Notes under the pieces: generated by a model
Databases searched by the model: none
What the model was told of the DNA's origin: nothing
The model's input: the letters and a program-made list of their open reading frames with translations, nothing else
Translations under genes and position numbers: made by a program
NCBI GenBank assembly: GCA_035703205.1
Contig: DASSYQ010000057.1
Location: forward strand, 25,369 to 89,368
DNA from: Nitrosarchaeum sp.
GTDB lineage: Archaea; Thermoproteota; Nitrososphaeria; Nitrososphaerales; Nitrosopumilaceae
DNA length: 64,000 bases
Reading direction: 5' to 3'
Shown: positions 17,522-27,215 of the stretch, in pieces
Layout: each line of letters begins with the position of its first letter
How positions within the stretch are numbered: the stretch's first letter is position 1

Positions 17522-19225
17522 ATGGGTATGCAAGCAACTTCTAAAGGCACTATGCCTGTTGTATTGCTAAAAGAAGGCGGTTCTGAAACCAAAGGACGAG
17601 ACGCACAAAAAAACAACATCGCGGCAGCTAAAATAATTGCTGAAATTGTTCATACTAGTCTTGGTCCAAGAGGTATGGATAAAATGCTAGTTGATTCCTT
17701 AGGAGATGTTACTATTACTAATGACGGTGCAACAATTCTAAAAGAAATTGATGTACAACATCCAGCAGCAAAAATGCTAGTTGAAATATCAAAGACAACT
17801 GATAATGAAGTAGGAGATGGTACAACTTCAGCTGTTATTCTAGCAGGAGCTCTTCTGGAAAATGCTGAATCACTTTTAGATCAAGATGTGCATCCAACAA
17901 TTATAGTTGATGGATATAGAAAAGCAGCTAAAAAAGCAAAACAATTCCTTCAAGAAATTGCCGAAACTGTAACTGCAAATGATAAGACAATTCTTAATAA
18001 AATTGCAAAAACATCTATGCAGACAAAATTAGTGAGAAAAGACTCTGATCAATTAGCAGATATTATTGTCAAAGCAGTTCTTGCAGTTGCTGAGAAAGAA
18101 GGTGAGAAATACACTGTTGATATTGATGACATTAAAGTAGAAAAGAAAGCCGGTGGTTCAATTAAAGATTCTGTTATTATTCAAGGTATTGTGCTTGACA
18201 AAGAAATTGTTCATGGTGGAATGCCAAGAAAAATTACTGATGCAAAAATAGCCTTAATTAACAAAGCTCTTGAAATCAGTAAAACTGAAACTGATGCTAA
18301 AATCAATATCTCAAACCCACAACAATTGAAATCATTTCTTGATGAGGAGAATAGAATGTTAAAGAATATGGTGGATAAAGTAATCGGTTCTGGAGCTAAT
18401 GTAGTGTTATGTCAAAAAGGAATTGATGATATGGCTCAACACTATCTTGCAAAGGCCGGAATTATTGCAGTTAGAAGAATTAAAGAGAGTGATCTCACAA
18501 AACTTGCAAAAGCAACTGGTGCTAGAATTGTAAACAATCTTGATGATATATTTGAAAAAGATTTAGGTGATGCTCAACTAGTAGAAGAAAGAAAAATTGA
18601 AGAAGATAAATGGGTATTCATTGAAGGTTGCAAACATCCAAAATCTGTTACATTACTTCTTCGTGGAGGTTCTCAAAGAGTAGTTGATGAAGTTGAACGT
18701 TCTGTTCATGATTCACTGATGGTAGTAAAAGATGTAATTGAAAAACCAGAAATTGTAGCAGGTGGTGGTGCACCTGAAACTTATGCTGCAACTAAAATAA
18801 GAAGTTGGGCTAAATCATTAGAAGGCAGAGAACAACTAGCTGCTGAAAAATTTGCAGATTCTTTAGAGTCAATTCCTTTAACACTTTCAGAAAACGCTGG
18901 AATGGATCCAATTGACACACTAACTGTCCTTCGTTCTAGACAAATGAAAGGAGAAAAATGGACAGGAATTGATGTCATGAAAGGTAAAATTGGAAATATG
19001 AAATCAGGTGATATCATTGAACCATTAGCTGTTAAACTTCAAATTGTATCTGCAGCTGCAGAAGCAGCCTGTATGATTCTTAGAATTGATGATGTAATTG
19101 CCACACAGAAATCTGCAGGACCACCACCTGGAGCAGAAGGCGGCATGCCTGGAATGGGCGGAATGGGTGGCATGCCTGGAATGGGCGGAATGGGTGGCAT
19201 GCCTGATATGGGCGGAATGATGTAA
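17522..19225 (+). CDS. ths: Thermosome subunit (group II chaperonin)
   Basis: [24 protein letters not shown] and VAGGGAPE motifs, with a C-terminal GGM-repeat tail. Confidence 0.95.
   Translation: MGMQATSKGTMPVVLLKEGGSETKGRDAQKNNIAAAKIIAEIVHTSLGPRGMDKMLVDSLGDVTITNDGATILKEIDVQHPAAKMLVEISKTTDNEVGDGTTSAVILAGALLENAESLLDQDVHPTIIVDGYRKAAKKAKQFLQEIAETVTANDKTILNKIAKTSMQTKLVRKDSDQLADIIVKAVLAVAEKEGEKYTVDIDDIKVEKKAGGSIKDSVIIQGIVLDKEIVHGGMPRKITDAKIALINKALEISKTETDAKINISNPQQLKSFLDEENRMLKNMVDKVIGSGANVVLCQKGIDDMAQHYLAKAGIIAVRRIKESDLTKLAKATGARIVNNLDDIFEKDLGDAQLVEERKIEEDKWVFIEGCKHPKSVTLLLRGGSQRVVDEVERSVHDSLMVVKDVIEKPEIVAGGGAPETYAATKIRSWAKSLEGREQLAAEKFADSLESIPLTLSENAGMDPIDTLTVLRSRQMKGEKWTGIDVMKGKIGNMKSGDIIEPLAVKLQIVSAAAEAACMILRIDDVIATQKSAGPPPGAEGGMPGMGGMGGMPGMGGMGGMPDMGGMM
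19142..19222 (+). repeat. 27-nt tandem repeat (2 perfect copies plus 1 diverged) encoding the thermosome GGM tail
   Basis: GGCATGCCTGGAATGGGCGGAATGGGT occurs at 19142-19168 and 19169-19195. The third copy, 19196-19222, has changes. Confidence 0.9.
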
Positions 19226-19286
19226 ATCATTTTGATTACAAATTATTTTTCAAAAGTTTATTTGATAATCTCATTTACGAACCATA

Positions 19287-19565
19287 TTGAATAAAACCAC
19301 ATCTAAAATGCTTACAGGATTCAAGTATGTCTATCTAATAGCATTTTTTGCATTACTATCAGGATTTTTCCATCCATTAATTACTAACACAAGTTTTGAT
19401 AGCGTAGTAATTGGAGTTATAGTGCTATTTGTTGGTCTTGCGGGTAGTGTTTTGCTTTACAAATCTGCGGTTTCTGAAAAAAGACGCGGAATATTTCTTA
19501 TTGGCGGATTTGCTCTAATATCTATCTCATTGTTCTATATCTTTCAAATTACTGGAAGAGTTTAG
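19287..19565 (+). CDS. Small membrane protein (2-3 TM helices), hypothetical
   Basis: 92-aa track ORF with a TTG start or the internal ATG of MLTGFKY. Hydrophobic segments alternate with short loops. Confidence 0.4.
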   Translation: MNKTTSKMLTGFKYVYLIAFFALLSGFFHPLITNTSFDSVVIGVIVLFVGLAGSVLLYKSAVSEKRRGIFLIGGFALISISLFYIFQITGRV

Positions 19566-21022
19566 ATATCAAAATACAGATAAAATTCATGCGGATGAGG
19601 TCTAATTGAAATTTCACGCTGATCCCTTTTCCCCAACTCTATGATTTTATCAATTACATCATTTGTATAAATTGGACTGAGGAATTTTCTGTCACTTTCT
19701 AATTCATCTAATGCTTCACCAAGACTCTTTGGTAAAACACCTATTCCTCTCTTAGCTCTATCTGATTTTGTCATTTTGAAAATATCATCACGAACTTGAT
19801 CACCAGGATCCATTTTTTTCTTAATACCGTCCATACCAGCTGCAGTAACTGCAGCAAATACAAGATACGGATTTGACGAAGGATCAGGAGCTCTAAATTC
19901 AAGTCTCTTAAGACTAGCATAATTTTTTCCTTTCAGATGTTGTGGCACTCTTACTATTGCAGATCTATTCCCTGCACTCCACGCGATATAAGCTGGTGCT
20001 TCATAACCTGGAACTAATCTATGATATGAGTTGGTTGTAGGATTGCAAATTGCTGATAATGCTTTTGCATGATTTATGATTCCACCACAAAAATATTTTG
20101 CAGTTTGACTTAACTCATCCTTATCATCAGGATCGTAAAACACATTCTCCTTTCCTTTCCATAAACTTACATTGACATGCATACCAGATCCTGCATCCAT
20201 CGCAATAGGCTTTGGCATCATAGTTGCAACTTTTCCATACTTTTGTGCTACGTTTTTTATTACATATTTGTAAGATTGTGCCGCATCTGCGGCATTTGTC
20301 ATATAATCATATTTGATATCAATTTCACATTGTCCTGCAGTAGCAACTTCATGATGATGATTATCACATAATATACCAAAATCATTATTCAATATGTTTA
20401 CACATTCGTTTCTAAATGGGGTCAAAGTATCTGAAGGAGTACTAGGATAATATCCCTCTTGAAGACCCATGGGATATCCTGTCCCTTCATTATTCCATGG
20501 AGCTTCTTTTGATTCAATTGAATAGGATTGACCTTTGTATGGAGTTAAAACATCCCAATGTACTTTATCAAAAACAAAAAATTCTACTTCTGGACCCCAA
20601 GCACTATAATCAAATCCTTGAGATTTTACATATTCTTCTGCTTTTTGTGATATTCCTCTTGGATCTCTGGATAATCTACCCCTATCTCCACCCCAATAGA
20701 TATCACATAGTAATCTTGCAGTCTTATTTTCAGTCATCCATGGAATAATGGCAAAAGTATTGGGATCTGGTTTTAAAATAAGATCTGAATCATCAACATT
20801 AGCAAAACCAATTATGGATGAACCATCCAATTTTGGTAATCCATCTCTCATTTGTTCAGGTGTAAAGGTAATCGCTGAAATTGTTGTATGATGAAAACGA
20901 CCAGTGAGACCAGTAAATTGCAGATCTATAAACTGAATTCCTTCATGTTGAATCCTGGCAAAAACCTCATCTGGTGAATATGTTACTTGGATTGCTTTTC
21001 CATGACTAACTTTATAGGGCAA
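19562..21022 (-). CDS. glnA: Glutamine synthetase, type I
   Basis: Beta-grasp N-domain and catalytic motifs (GSGMHVNVSLW, NPYL, RVP). TTG start, with no nearby in-frame ATG. Confidence 0.92.
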   Translation of the reverse strand: MPYKVSHGKAIQVTYSPDEVFARIQHEGIQFIDLQFTGLTGRFHHTTISAITFTPEQMRDGLPKLDGSSIIGFANVDDSDLILKPDPNTFAIIPWMTENKTARLLCDIYWGGDRGRLSRDPRGISQKAEEYVKSQGFDYSAWGPEVEFFVFDKVHWDVLTPYKGQSYSIESKEAPWNNEGTGYPMGLQEGYYPSTPSDTLTPFRNECVNILNNDFGILCDNHHHEVATAGQCEIDIKYDYMTNAADAAQSYKYVIKNVAQKYGKVATMMPKPIAMDAGSGMHVNVSLWKGKENVFYDPDDKDELSQTAKYFCGGIINHAKALSAICNPTTNSYHRLVPGYEAPAYIAWSAGNRSAIVRVPQHLKGKNYASLKRLEFRAPDPSSNPYLVFAAVTAAGMDGIKKKMDPGDQVRDDIFKMTKSDRAKRGIGVLPKSLGEALDELESDRKFLSPIYTNDVIDKIIELGKRDQREISIRPHPHEFYLYFDI

Positions 21023-21076
21023 TTTTAGGCTTCAATCAAACACAAATACATCCGAGATTTAAGGATTAGGTAAGAA

Positions 21077-21634
21077 ATGTCAGAAACAAATGAAATCGAT
21101 CTCAACAAATTACATCATCTAGTACTACGAGAAACTGAAAATGATTCAATACAAGAAATCAATCCTGATTTCTATAGGAGTCTTTCAGATTTTATTGGTG
21201 ACTTAAAAAAACAGGAATTTGATGGAGTGGAAAGTAAAATAAAAGAAACCATAATTGATACAGCTACAGAACTAGCATCACTTTTAATTAACATTAGACT
21301 TGACAAAATTTCCAAATCTGATAACATGAATTTTAAAAATCTTTTAGACGAAGAAAAATTTATTCTTGATGCAGAAGTGGAACAAAGAGAACGAACTGAA
21401 ATGATTCTCTCTGCAATAATTAATGGAAAATCAAAATTTCTAGAATCAATTTCTCAAAATCATAAAACCAAGACTGTTGTGATAAGATTTCTTCAAGAAG
21501 TAGATGAAATCATAGGGGCTGATTTAGAAAAATATGGACCGTTTAAAATAGAAGATATCGCAACAATACCATATGAGAATGCTCAGGCATTAATTGCTAA
21601 GAATATCGCAACAAAAATTCGTTGGGAAGATTAG
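21077..21634 (+). CDS. GINS subunit (Gins51-like)
   Basis: The pattern L..E..s..IQEINPDFY..L..., then INIRLDKI, then L..EEKFILD matches archaeal Gins51/Sld5-type A-domains. The length is also typical. Confidence 0.65.
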   Translation: MSETNEIDLNKLHHLVLRETENDSIQEINPDFYRSLSDFIGDLKKQEFDGVESKIKETIIDTATELASLLINIRLDKISKSDNMNFKNLLDEEKFILDAEVEQRERTEMILSAIINGKSKFLESISQNHKTKTVVIRFLQEVDEIIGADLEKYGPFKIEDIATIPYENAQALIAKNIATKIRWED

Positions 21635-21664
21635 ATAGAAATTACACCTTGATCATTTTCATTT

Positions 21665-21949
21665 ATGACACATACAGGAGTAGATGTAATTGATTTTCTC
21701 TTTTATACAATTTACCCGGTAATTGGTATCTTTATAGTAGAAGCAATTAGTAGAGTTACTAAAACTCCAAAATGGATTAAACTTTGGTCACAAGCTGCAG
21801 TATCTATAGGATTTGGAATCTATTACTGGTTTGTGTTGCCTGAACCTCAAAATTTTCCATTAACGGCAATGGTGATGTTTGCACTTGCCTTAGCATTAAT
21901 TTATCAAGGAAGACGCGCAAAAATATCTCCTGATAAAAGCCCATACTAA
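21665..21949 (+). CDS. Small membrane protein, hypothetical
   Basis: 94-aa track ORF with three hydrophobic helices. Confidence 0.4.
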   Translation: MTHTGVDVIDFLFYTIYPVIGIFIVEAISRVTKTPKWIKLWSQAAVSIGFGIYYWFVLPEPQNFPLTAMVMFALALALIYQGRRAKISPDKSPY

Positions 21950-21956
21950 TTTTTCT

Positions 21957-22184
21957 TTAATCTTTTAATCTTCGAAACATTCGTTTAAACACATTTTGTT
22001 TATTTGGTCCTCCATCTCTAATTACTTTTTTTTCACCAAATCTACGAGCTCTTATCTGAGTCAACTTCACACATCTGTGTTCCTCTGGAAGTCTGTGTTC
22101 TGCACAAAATGGGTCCTTACAATAATTACATTGAAAAGGCAAATCTGCCATATCTCCACAATAAGCACATTTTTCAGGTTTCAC
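21957..22184 (-). CDS. AN1-type zinc-finger protein
   Basis: CAYCGDMADLPFQCNYCKDPFCAEHRLPEEHRC fits the AN1 dimetal C-x2-C...C-x2-C...C-x2-H...H-x-C arrangement. Confidence 0.75.
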   Translation of the reverse strand: MKPEKCAYCGDMADLPFQCNYCKDPFCAEHRLPEEHRCVKLTQIRARRFGEKKVIRDGGPNKQNVFKRMFRRLKD

Positions 22185-22270
22185 ATCACTTCTATGATTT
22201 TTCTTCTAATAAACTTGCTATCATATAATTGAAAATTGCTTTTTAAAAAATTCAAGTAAACGTTTTTACG

Positions 22271-23044
22271 ATGTTACAATCAAAAATAATTGGGAGAATT
22301 TTAATGATTAAAAATAAAGTAGCAATCATAACTGGAGCAAGTAGTGGAATAGGATATGCTACGGCATTAGCACTCTCAAAAGCAGGAGCCAAAGTTGCAA
22401 TAGGTGCACGACGAACTGATATGCTTTCTGAATTAGAAAAAAAGATTAAAGAAGATGGCGGAGAAGTTTATTCCCAAAAATTAGATGTTACCAAAAAAAA
22501 CGAATGTACTTCTTTTGTTAATAATGTTCTAAAAAAATGGGGCACAATAGATATTCTAGTAAATAACGCTGGATTGATGCCTCTAAGTTTTTTCAAAAAT
22601 TTGAAAATAGATGAATGGGATCAAATGATAGATGTTAACATTAAAGGAGTACTATATTGTACTGGAGCAGTAGTAACACACATGCTTGAAAACAAATCAG
22701 GTCATATCATTAATATCTCATCAGTTGCTGGAAGAATAGTTTTTCCTGCAGGTAGTGTTTATTGTGCAACAAAACATGCAATTACTGCCTTTAGCGAAGG
22801 ATTAAGACAAGAACTTAGCGTGAGAAAAAATATTCGTGTCACATGCATTGAACCAGGAGTTGTTGCAACAGAATTAACAAACACAATTACTGACGAATCA
22901 TTACAAGGATTTGTCGAAAATGCCAAGAAAATGGAATCCTTACAAGCTGAAGACATTGCAAATGCTATTGTTTATGCTGTAGAATCTCCAAATCATGTAA
23001 ACGTAAACGAAATTTTGATTAGGCCTACTACACAAGATCGTTAA
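22271..23044 (+). CDS. Short-chain dehydrogenase/reductase (SDR)
   Basis: TGASSGIGYA cofactor motif, NNAG, and the catalytic S...YCATK triad. The likely true start is the ATG at 22304 (MIKNKVAIITG). Confidence 0.85.
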   Translation: MLQSKIIGRILMIKNKVAIITGASSGIGYATALALSKAGAKVAIGARRTDMLSELEKKIKEDGGEVYSQKLDVTKKNECTSFVNNVLKKWGTIDILVNNAGLMPLSFFKNLKIDEWDQMIDVNIKGVLYCTGAVVTHMLENKSGHIINISSVAGRIVFPAGSVYCATKHAITAFSEGLRQELSVRKNIRVTCIEPGVVATELTNTITDESLQGFVENAKKMESLQAEDIANAIVYAVESPNHVNVNEILIRPTTQDR

Positions 23045-23045
23045 A

Positions 23046-24194
23046 TTGTCTGATATTCCTCACGTGTTAATTCTTGGTGGAGGTTTTGGTGGGTTATCTG
23101 CGGCAAATGAGATTAGAAATAATCTTTCACCATCACAAGTTAAGATTACCGTTGTTGACAAAAAAGATTGGTTCATGGTAGGCTTTGCAAAACTTTGGAT
23201 CATCAAAGGAACACGAACATTTGAAAATTCAATAGGTTCACTGAATGAACTTACAAAAAAAGAAATTACTTTTCTAAAAGAGGAAGTTTTACAAATTGAT
23301 TTACAAAATAAAAATATCATAACCACAACTAAAATTTTACCATATGATTTTCTAATTATTGCAATGGGTGCAGTATTAGCTCCAGAAAAAATTCCAGGAT
23401 TATTAGAAAACGGAATGAATCTTTATGATCATAATCAACTTACTGAGATTCATAATAAACTAAAAAAAATGAAATCAGGAAATATTGCCATATCTATTAT
23501 GGGAATGCCTTACAAATGTCCCCCAGCACCATTTGAGGCTAGTTTATTGATTGATTCTATGTTAAGGGACGCAGGAGTTAGAAATTCTATCCAAATTCAT
23601 TTCTATAGTCCAGCACCAATTACATTACCAGCAGCTGGTCCAGAAATTAGCCAACAAATTCTTAATTTGATAAACTCTGAGAACATTATTTTTCATGATT
23701 CATGTAAAATAAAATCAGTAGAAAAAAATAAACTAATTTTTCAAAATGGGGAAGCTGATTTTGATTTACTTCTTGCTATACCTCCACATATTGCACCTAA
23801 GGTAGTTTATGATTCAGGATTAGCAAATGATGGTGGATTTATTCCAATTAATAGAGATTGTAAAACATCATTTGAAAACGTGTATGCAGTAGGCGATGTA
23901 ACTACTTTAACAGTTGTAGATACCATATCTGTTCCAAAAGCAGGAATATTTGCAGAAGGTGAAGCAATAACAGTTGCACAAAATATTATCTCGAAAATAC
24001 AATCTAAAAAAGAATCTGCATTATTTGATGGAAAAGGCGGATGTTTTATTGAATCAGGAAGAGACACAGCGTCTTTAATTGAGGTGGATATGTTTTCAGA
24101 ACCTAAACCATTAACAAAATTAACTGAATCTACAACTAAACATCTTGATGAAAAAATACAATTTGAAAAAGAAAGACTCTCAAAATGGCTATGA
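23046..24194 (+). CDS. Sulfide:quinone oxidoreductase-like flavoprotein (FAD-dependent disulphide oxidoreductase family)
   Basis: HVLILGGGFGGLSAA FAD fold, YKCPPAPFE (Cys158), AVGDV, and GGCFIE (Cys333). The TTG start lies 2 nt after the SDR stop. Confidence 0.6.
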   Translation: MSDIPHVLILGGGFGGLSAANEIRNNLSPSQVKITVVDKKDWFMVGFAKLWIIKGTRTFENSIGSLNELTKKEITFLKEEVLQIDLQNKNIITTTKILPYDFLIIAMGAVLAPEKIPGLLENGMNLYDHNQLTEIHNKLKKMKSGNIAISIMGMPYKCPPAPFEASLLIDSMLRDAGVRNSIQIHFYSPAPITLPAAGPEISQQILNLINSENIIFHDSCKIKSVEKNKLIFQNGEADFDLLLAIPPHIAPKVVYDSGLANDGGFIPINRDCKTSFENVYAVGDVTTLTVVDTISVPKAGIFAEGEAITVAQNIISKIQSKKESALFDGKGGCFIESGRDTASLIEVDMFSEPKPLTKLTESTTKHLDEKIQFEKERLSKWL

Positions 24195-24404
24195 TGTATC
24201 ATCTTTTTTATTTTCTTTTGTAAGATGTTCTAAAATAGCTCTTACCTCTACACCTAAATTCTGAGAATCTTTTGCTAACTCTAATTTTTCAGGAATACTT
24301 CGCTTAAAATCTTCATCTTCAAATTCTATTCTTATTTTTTGAATACAATCAAGATGATCCTGTTCAGTTGCAGAAATCTTATGACAAATAGTGCAAATTT
24401 TCAT
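24189..24404 (-). CDS. Hypothetical small protein (71 aa)
   Basis: Track ORF. The N-terminal CTICH...DHLDC may form a small metal site. The rest is an acidic helix. Confidence 0.35.
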   Translation of the reverse strand: MKICTICHKISATEQDHLDCIQKIRIEFEDEDFKRSIPEKLELAKDSQNLGVEVRAILEHLTKENKKDDTS

Positions 24405-24460
24405 TAATTATGAATACTAACCCGACGATTTAATAATTTCATTTTGTGCTTTACCCATCA

Positions 24461-24534
24461 GGGGTCGTAGTCTAGCTTGGTATGATGCTAGTCTGGGGGA
24501 CTAGTGATCGCAGGTTCAAATCCTGCCGGCCCCA
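24461..24534 (+). tRNA. tRNA-Pro (anticodon GGG), no encoded CCA
   Basis: A hand-folded cloverleaf:
- acceptor GGGGTCG/CGGCCCC (7 bp, one G-U)
- anticodon stem CTAGT/ACTAG with loop CT-GGG-GG
- T arm GCAGG-TTCAAAT-CCTGC
- 5-nt variable loop
- discriminator A, followed by TCA. Confidence 0.9.
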
Positions 24535-25296
24535 TCACAATTTTAGTATTTTTAGAATGCTGTCAAAACTTTTTCGTGTTTGTTCTTGCTTGTATATTCT
24601 TAACACATCAATAATTTTTTGTTTTGGAGGAATTTTGTAAATTCTTTGAACTTTTTTAGCAATGCCTGAACCAATAAAAATAGCCTGAGTGACTGATGTT
24701 ACATTTGATACTCTTCTATTAACACTTGAACTTTCAAAATCGATTAAAGTTGATCTTGACTTTCCAACAATAACATGTTTTGAGATACTACTTAATTCAC
24801 CATGATCAAATCCAATCTGATCTAATCTATAACAATCTTCCAAAATAGTTCTAACTACAAATTTTAGTTTCTTAGAACTTCCTGTACCTTTTAAAGATTG
24901 TATCCAATCTTCAATTTTATCCCCCTCAAGATATTCCATCACCAAAAAATTCTTACTTACATCATATAATTTGGGTCCGACATTCACCGTATTTGCTAAT
25001 TTAAGTAATTTTGCCTCACTTTGCATTTCACTTCTTTGCGAATCTGATCTTCTGATCTTTAAAGCAATTACATTATTGCCTTTTTTTGCTAAAACTACTA
25101 CTCCAACATACCCTTTTCCTAAAATTTGTAAATTACCAATTGTCGTTTGTCCAGTAAATGATACTGCTTTTATTTTCAATTTTTCTAATTCAGAAATTCT
25201 AGAATGAAGTTGACGTAAACTAGCTTTTGGATAACCAAGAATTTTTGAATATGGTTCTTTTGTAAGTTTTTTAATGGAAATGAAAGATTGTTTCAT
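24535..25296 (-). CDS. Small atypical Ser/Thr protein kinase (RIO/Bud32-like, COG2112-type)
   Basis: Gly-rich loop LGKGYVGVV, VAIK-like IALKI, catalytic-loop-like HGELS...KHVIV and DFG-like LIDFE. Confidence 0.6.
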   Translation of the reverse strand: MKQSFISIKKLTKEPYSKILGYPKASLRQLHSRISELEKLKIKAVSFTGQTTIGNLQILGKGYVGVVVLAKKGNNVIALKIRRSDSQRSEMQSEAKLLKLANTVNVGPKLYDVSKNFLVMEYLEGDKIEDWIQSLKGTGSSKKLKFVVRTILEDCYRLDQIGFDHGELSSISKHVIVGKSRSTLIDFESSSVNRRVSNVTSVTQAIFIGSGIAKKVQRIYKIPPKQKIIDVLRIYKQEQTRKSFDSILKILKL

Positions 25297-26602
25297 CAGT
25301 TGAAATCAAATCTGAAATCGCCTCTTTAATTGATTTGCTTAAATTTTTGTTTCCAATAGAAACGCTAAATCCTTTCTTAAAATCACTTTGTAATCCTTTT
25401 GGGATACCTGTTTGAAGATTATTTTTTAGCAATTCAGTCATAAATTTCACCACATCATCGTGTTTTCTTTTTTCAAGTGATATGATTTTCCTATCATCAC
25501 TTATCCACATTAATTCTGTTTTTGTAATGTTTTTTGAAATAAAACTATTACAATCATCTTCTCTAAAAAATTCGGGACCATTTTTAGAGTAGTTTTTTGG
25601 AATTTTAGTTGATTCTAACAGAAAAAAAAGATAAGCTTCATTTTGTTCGTCTGAATATGCTTTATTACGTAAAACATTGAAACCTCCTAATTCTAGTTGA
25701 GTTTTAAGTGAAGTAGTTGCTCTTTTAATCTGTCCCCATATAATATCTGGACTTCTCATCTTAAAATTAAATTTCACCACAAGAACATTTTCCCAATTAT
25801 TTTTTACTGGTTTTGATTTTTTAGATTTAAAAATTTGCAGTGTTGGGTTATTTTGAAAAGATCTGCAAGCTAAAATAAATTTCCCTATATTCTCATTTGA
25901 GATCGCAGCTGCTAAATTTCTGTTGTTATCAATAGGGTCTATAATTACAATCGATGTTTCAAATACTTTTGATGTATTTCCAATTACTTGATTTTGTTTA
26001 ATTTTTGCAATTGATTTTATTACATTCTCAAAACTACCAAAATTTATAATTAGAACTTCTGATACATATCCACTAAAACCTTGTTTTGCAATTTCTGCTC
26101 CATAAATTTTGGTTAATTTTAGAAATGTTTTAAGAATTCTTACTTCATTTCTCATTTTAGGAGTAAGCATATTCTGCATAAACTTTGTATGAAATGGGGA
26201 TCTATCTGCAGAACTTTTCCATTCTCCAAGGTTTACATCATAACAAGGAACTACATTAATTCTGGTCTTCTTTATTCTGGCCTCAACATAAGGATGTTCA
26301 GAATATCTTACATAGGGATTATATTTTTTCATTGATTCAAAACCAACTTTTTTTGAAATTTCTGTAAATTTTTCATCAGAAATTGATTTTTTAAATTTAA
26401 TAAAAATATCAATATCTGCTTCTCTTGATAACCATGTGTCTTTAGCATAGGATCCACCAAATTCTAATCCTATAATTTCAGGATAATTTCTAATTTGATT
26501 TTCAACTAAAGCAAAAGCTTCATCAGCAATTTGTTTTTTTATTTTTTTTATATTTTTAGATGGTATTACAGATTTTTCAATTTTAGAAATTATTTGTTTC
26601 AT
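25271..26602 (-). CDS. cca: CCA-adding enzyme (archaeal class I tRNA nucleotidyltransferase)
   Basis: The GGSYAKDTWLSREADIDIFIKF nucleotidyltransferase signature at the typical archaeal length (443 aa). Confidence 0.85.
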   Translation of the reverse strand: MKQIISKIEKSVIPSKNIKKIKKQIADEAFALVENQIRNYPEIIGLEFGGSYAKDTWLSREADIDIFIKFKKSISDEKFTEISKKVGFESMKKYNPYVRYSEHPYVEARIKKTRINVVPCYDVNLGEWKSSADRSPFHTKFMQNMLTPKMRNEVRILKTFLKLTKIYGAEIAKQGFSGYVSEVLIINFGSFENVIKSIAKIKQNQVIGNTSKVFETSIVIIDPIDNNRNLAAAISNENIGKFILACRSFQNNPTLQIFKSKKSKPVKNNWENVLVVKFNFKMRSPDIIWGQIKRATTSLKTQLELGGFNVLRNKAYSDEQNEAYLFFLLESTKIPKNYSKNGPEFFREDDCNSFISKNITKTELMWISDDRKIISLEKRKHDDVVKFMTELLKNNLQTGIPKGLQSDFKKGFSVSIGNKNLSKSIKEAISDLISTDETIFHFH

Positions 26603-27141
26603 GATTTAGCTTTTACCTCCATTAAATCAGAATAGACTGGACCTTTTGAATTAAGAATACTTTGTTTAAGTTTGAATACTGCAATTTCTTGTCTTCCAAA
26701 ATCAACTGATTTGAATTTATCTAGCTCTTTACTAATATCTTCAATCTTATTTTTGATTCTAAACACTGTGATATGAGGTTTAAACGGTTTATCTATAGAA
26801 AAACCCAATGGAGATAACGTATCTTCCACCTTTTTTGCTAATTCTACCAATGAATTTCCACCATTTTCATCAGTTCCAATCCAAATAATTCTAGGAAATT
26901 TTAACGTGGGAAAAACTCCCACGCCTCTGAAATTTACCATGAATCTTGAAAATTTAATAGAATTTAATGATATCATTACTTTCTCTACAGTTTCTTGTGA
27001 TATCTCGCCTAAAAATTGCAATGTAAAATGCAGATTATGTGGTTCTATTGGTTTAGCTTTAATGTTAATTTCAGTCTGAAATTTAGAGATTGAATTAATT
27101 ATTTCACTAGATGTAATTTCAATTGCAACAAAAGTTCGCAT
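26599..27141 (-). CDS. thpR: RNA 2',3'-cyclic phosphodiesterase / 2'-5' RNA ligase family (2H phosphoesterase)
   Basis: Two H-x-T/S-x motifs (HFTLQFLG and HITVFR). The 4-nt overlap with cca suggests an operon. Confidence 0.8.
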   Translation of the reverse strand: MRTFVAIEITSSEIINSISKFQTEINIKAKPIEPHNLHFTLQFLGEISQETVEKVMISLNSIKFSRFMVNFRGVGVFPTLKFPRIIWIGTDENGGNSLVELAKKVEDTLSPLGFSIDKPFKPHITVFRIKNKIEDISKELDKFKSVDFGRQEIAVFKLKQSILNSKGPVYSDLMEVKAKS

Positions 27142-27215
27142 TATGATTTTCTTCTAATTATGTTTTATAATAATTTCCGGTAGCTTCATAGACCAGCCGG
27201 ATTTTTGTTCTAGTA

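Noticed and set aside
19039-19230. 63-aa minus-strand ORF rich in PPIPGMPP repeats.
   Set aside because: It is the reverse-complement reading of the thermosome GGM-tail tandem repeat, and so an artefact.
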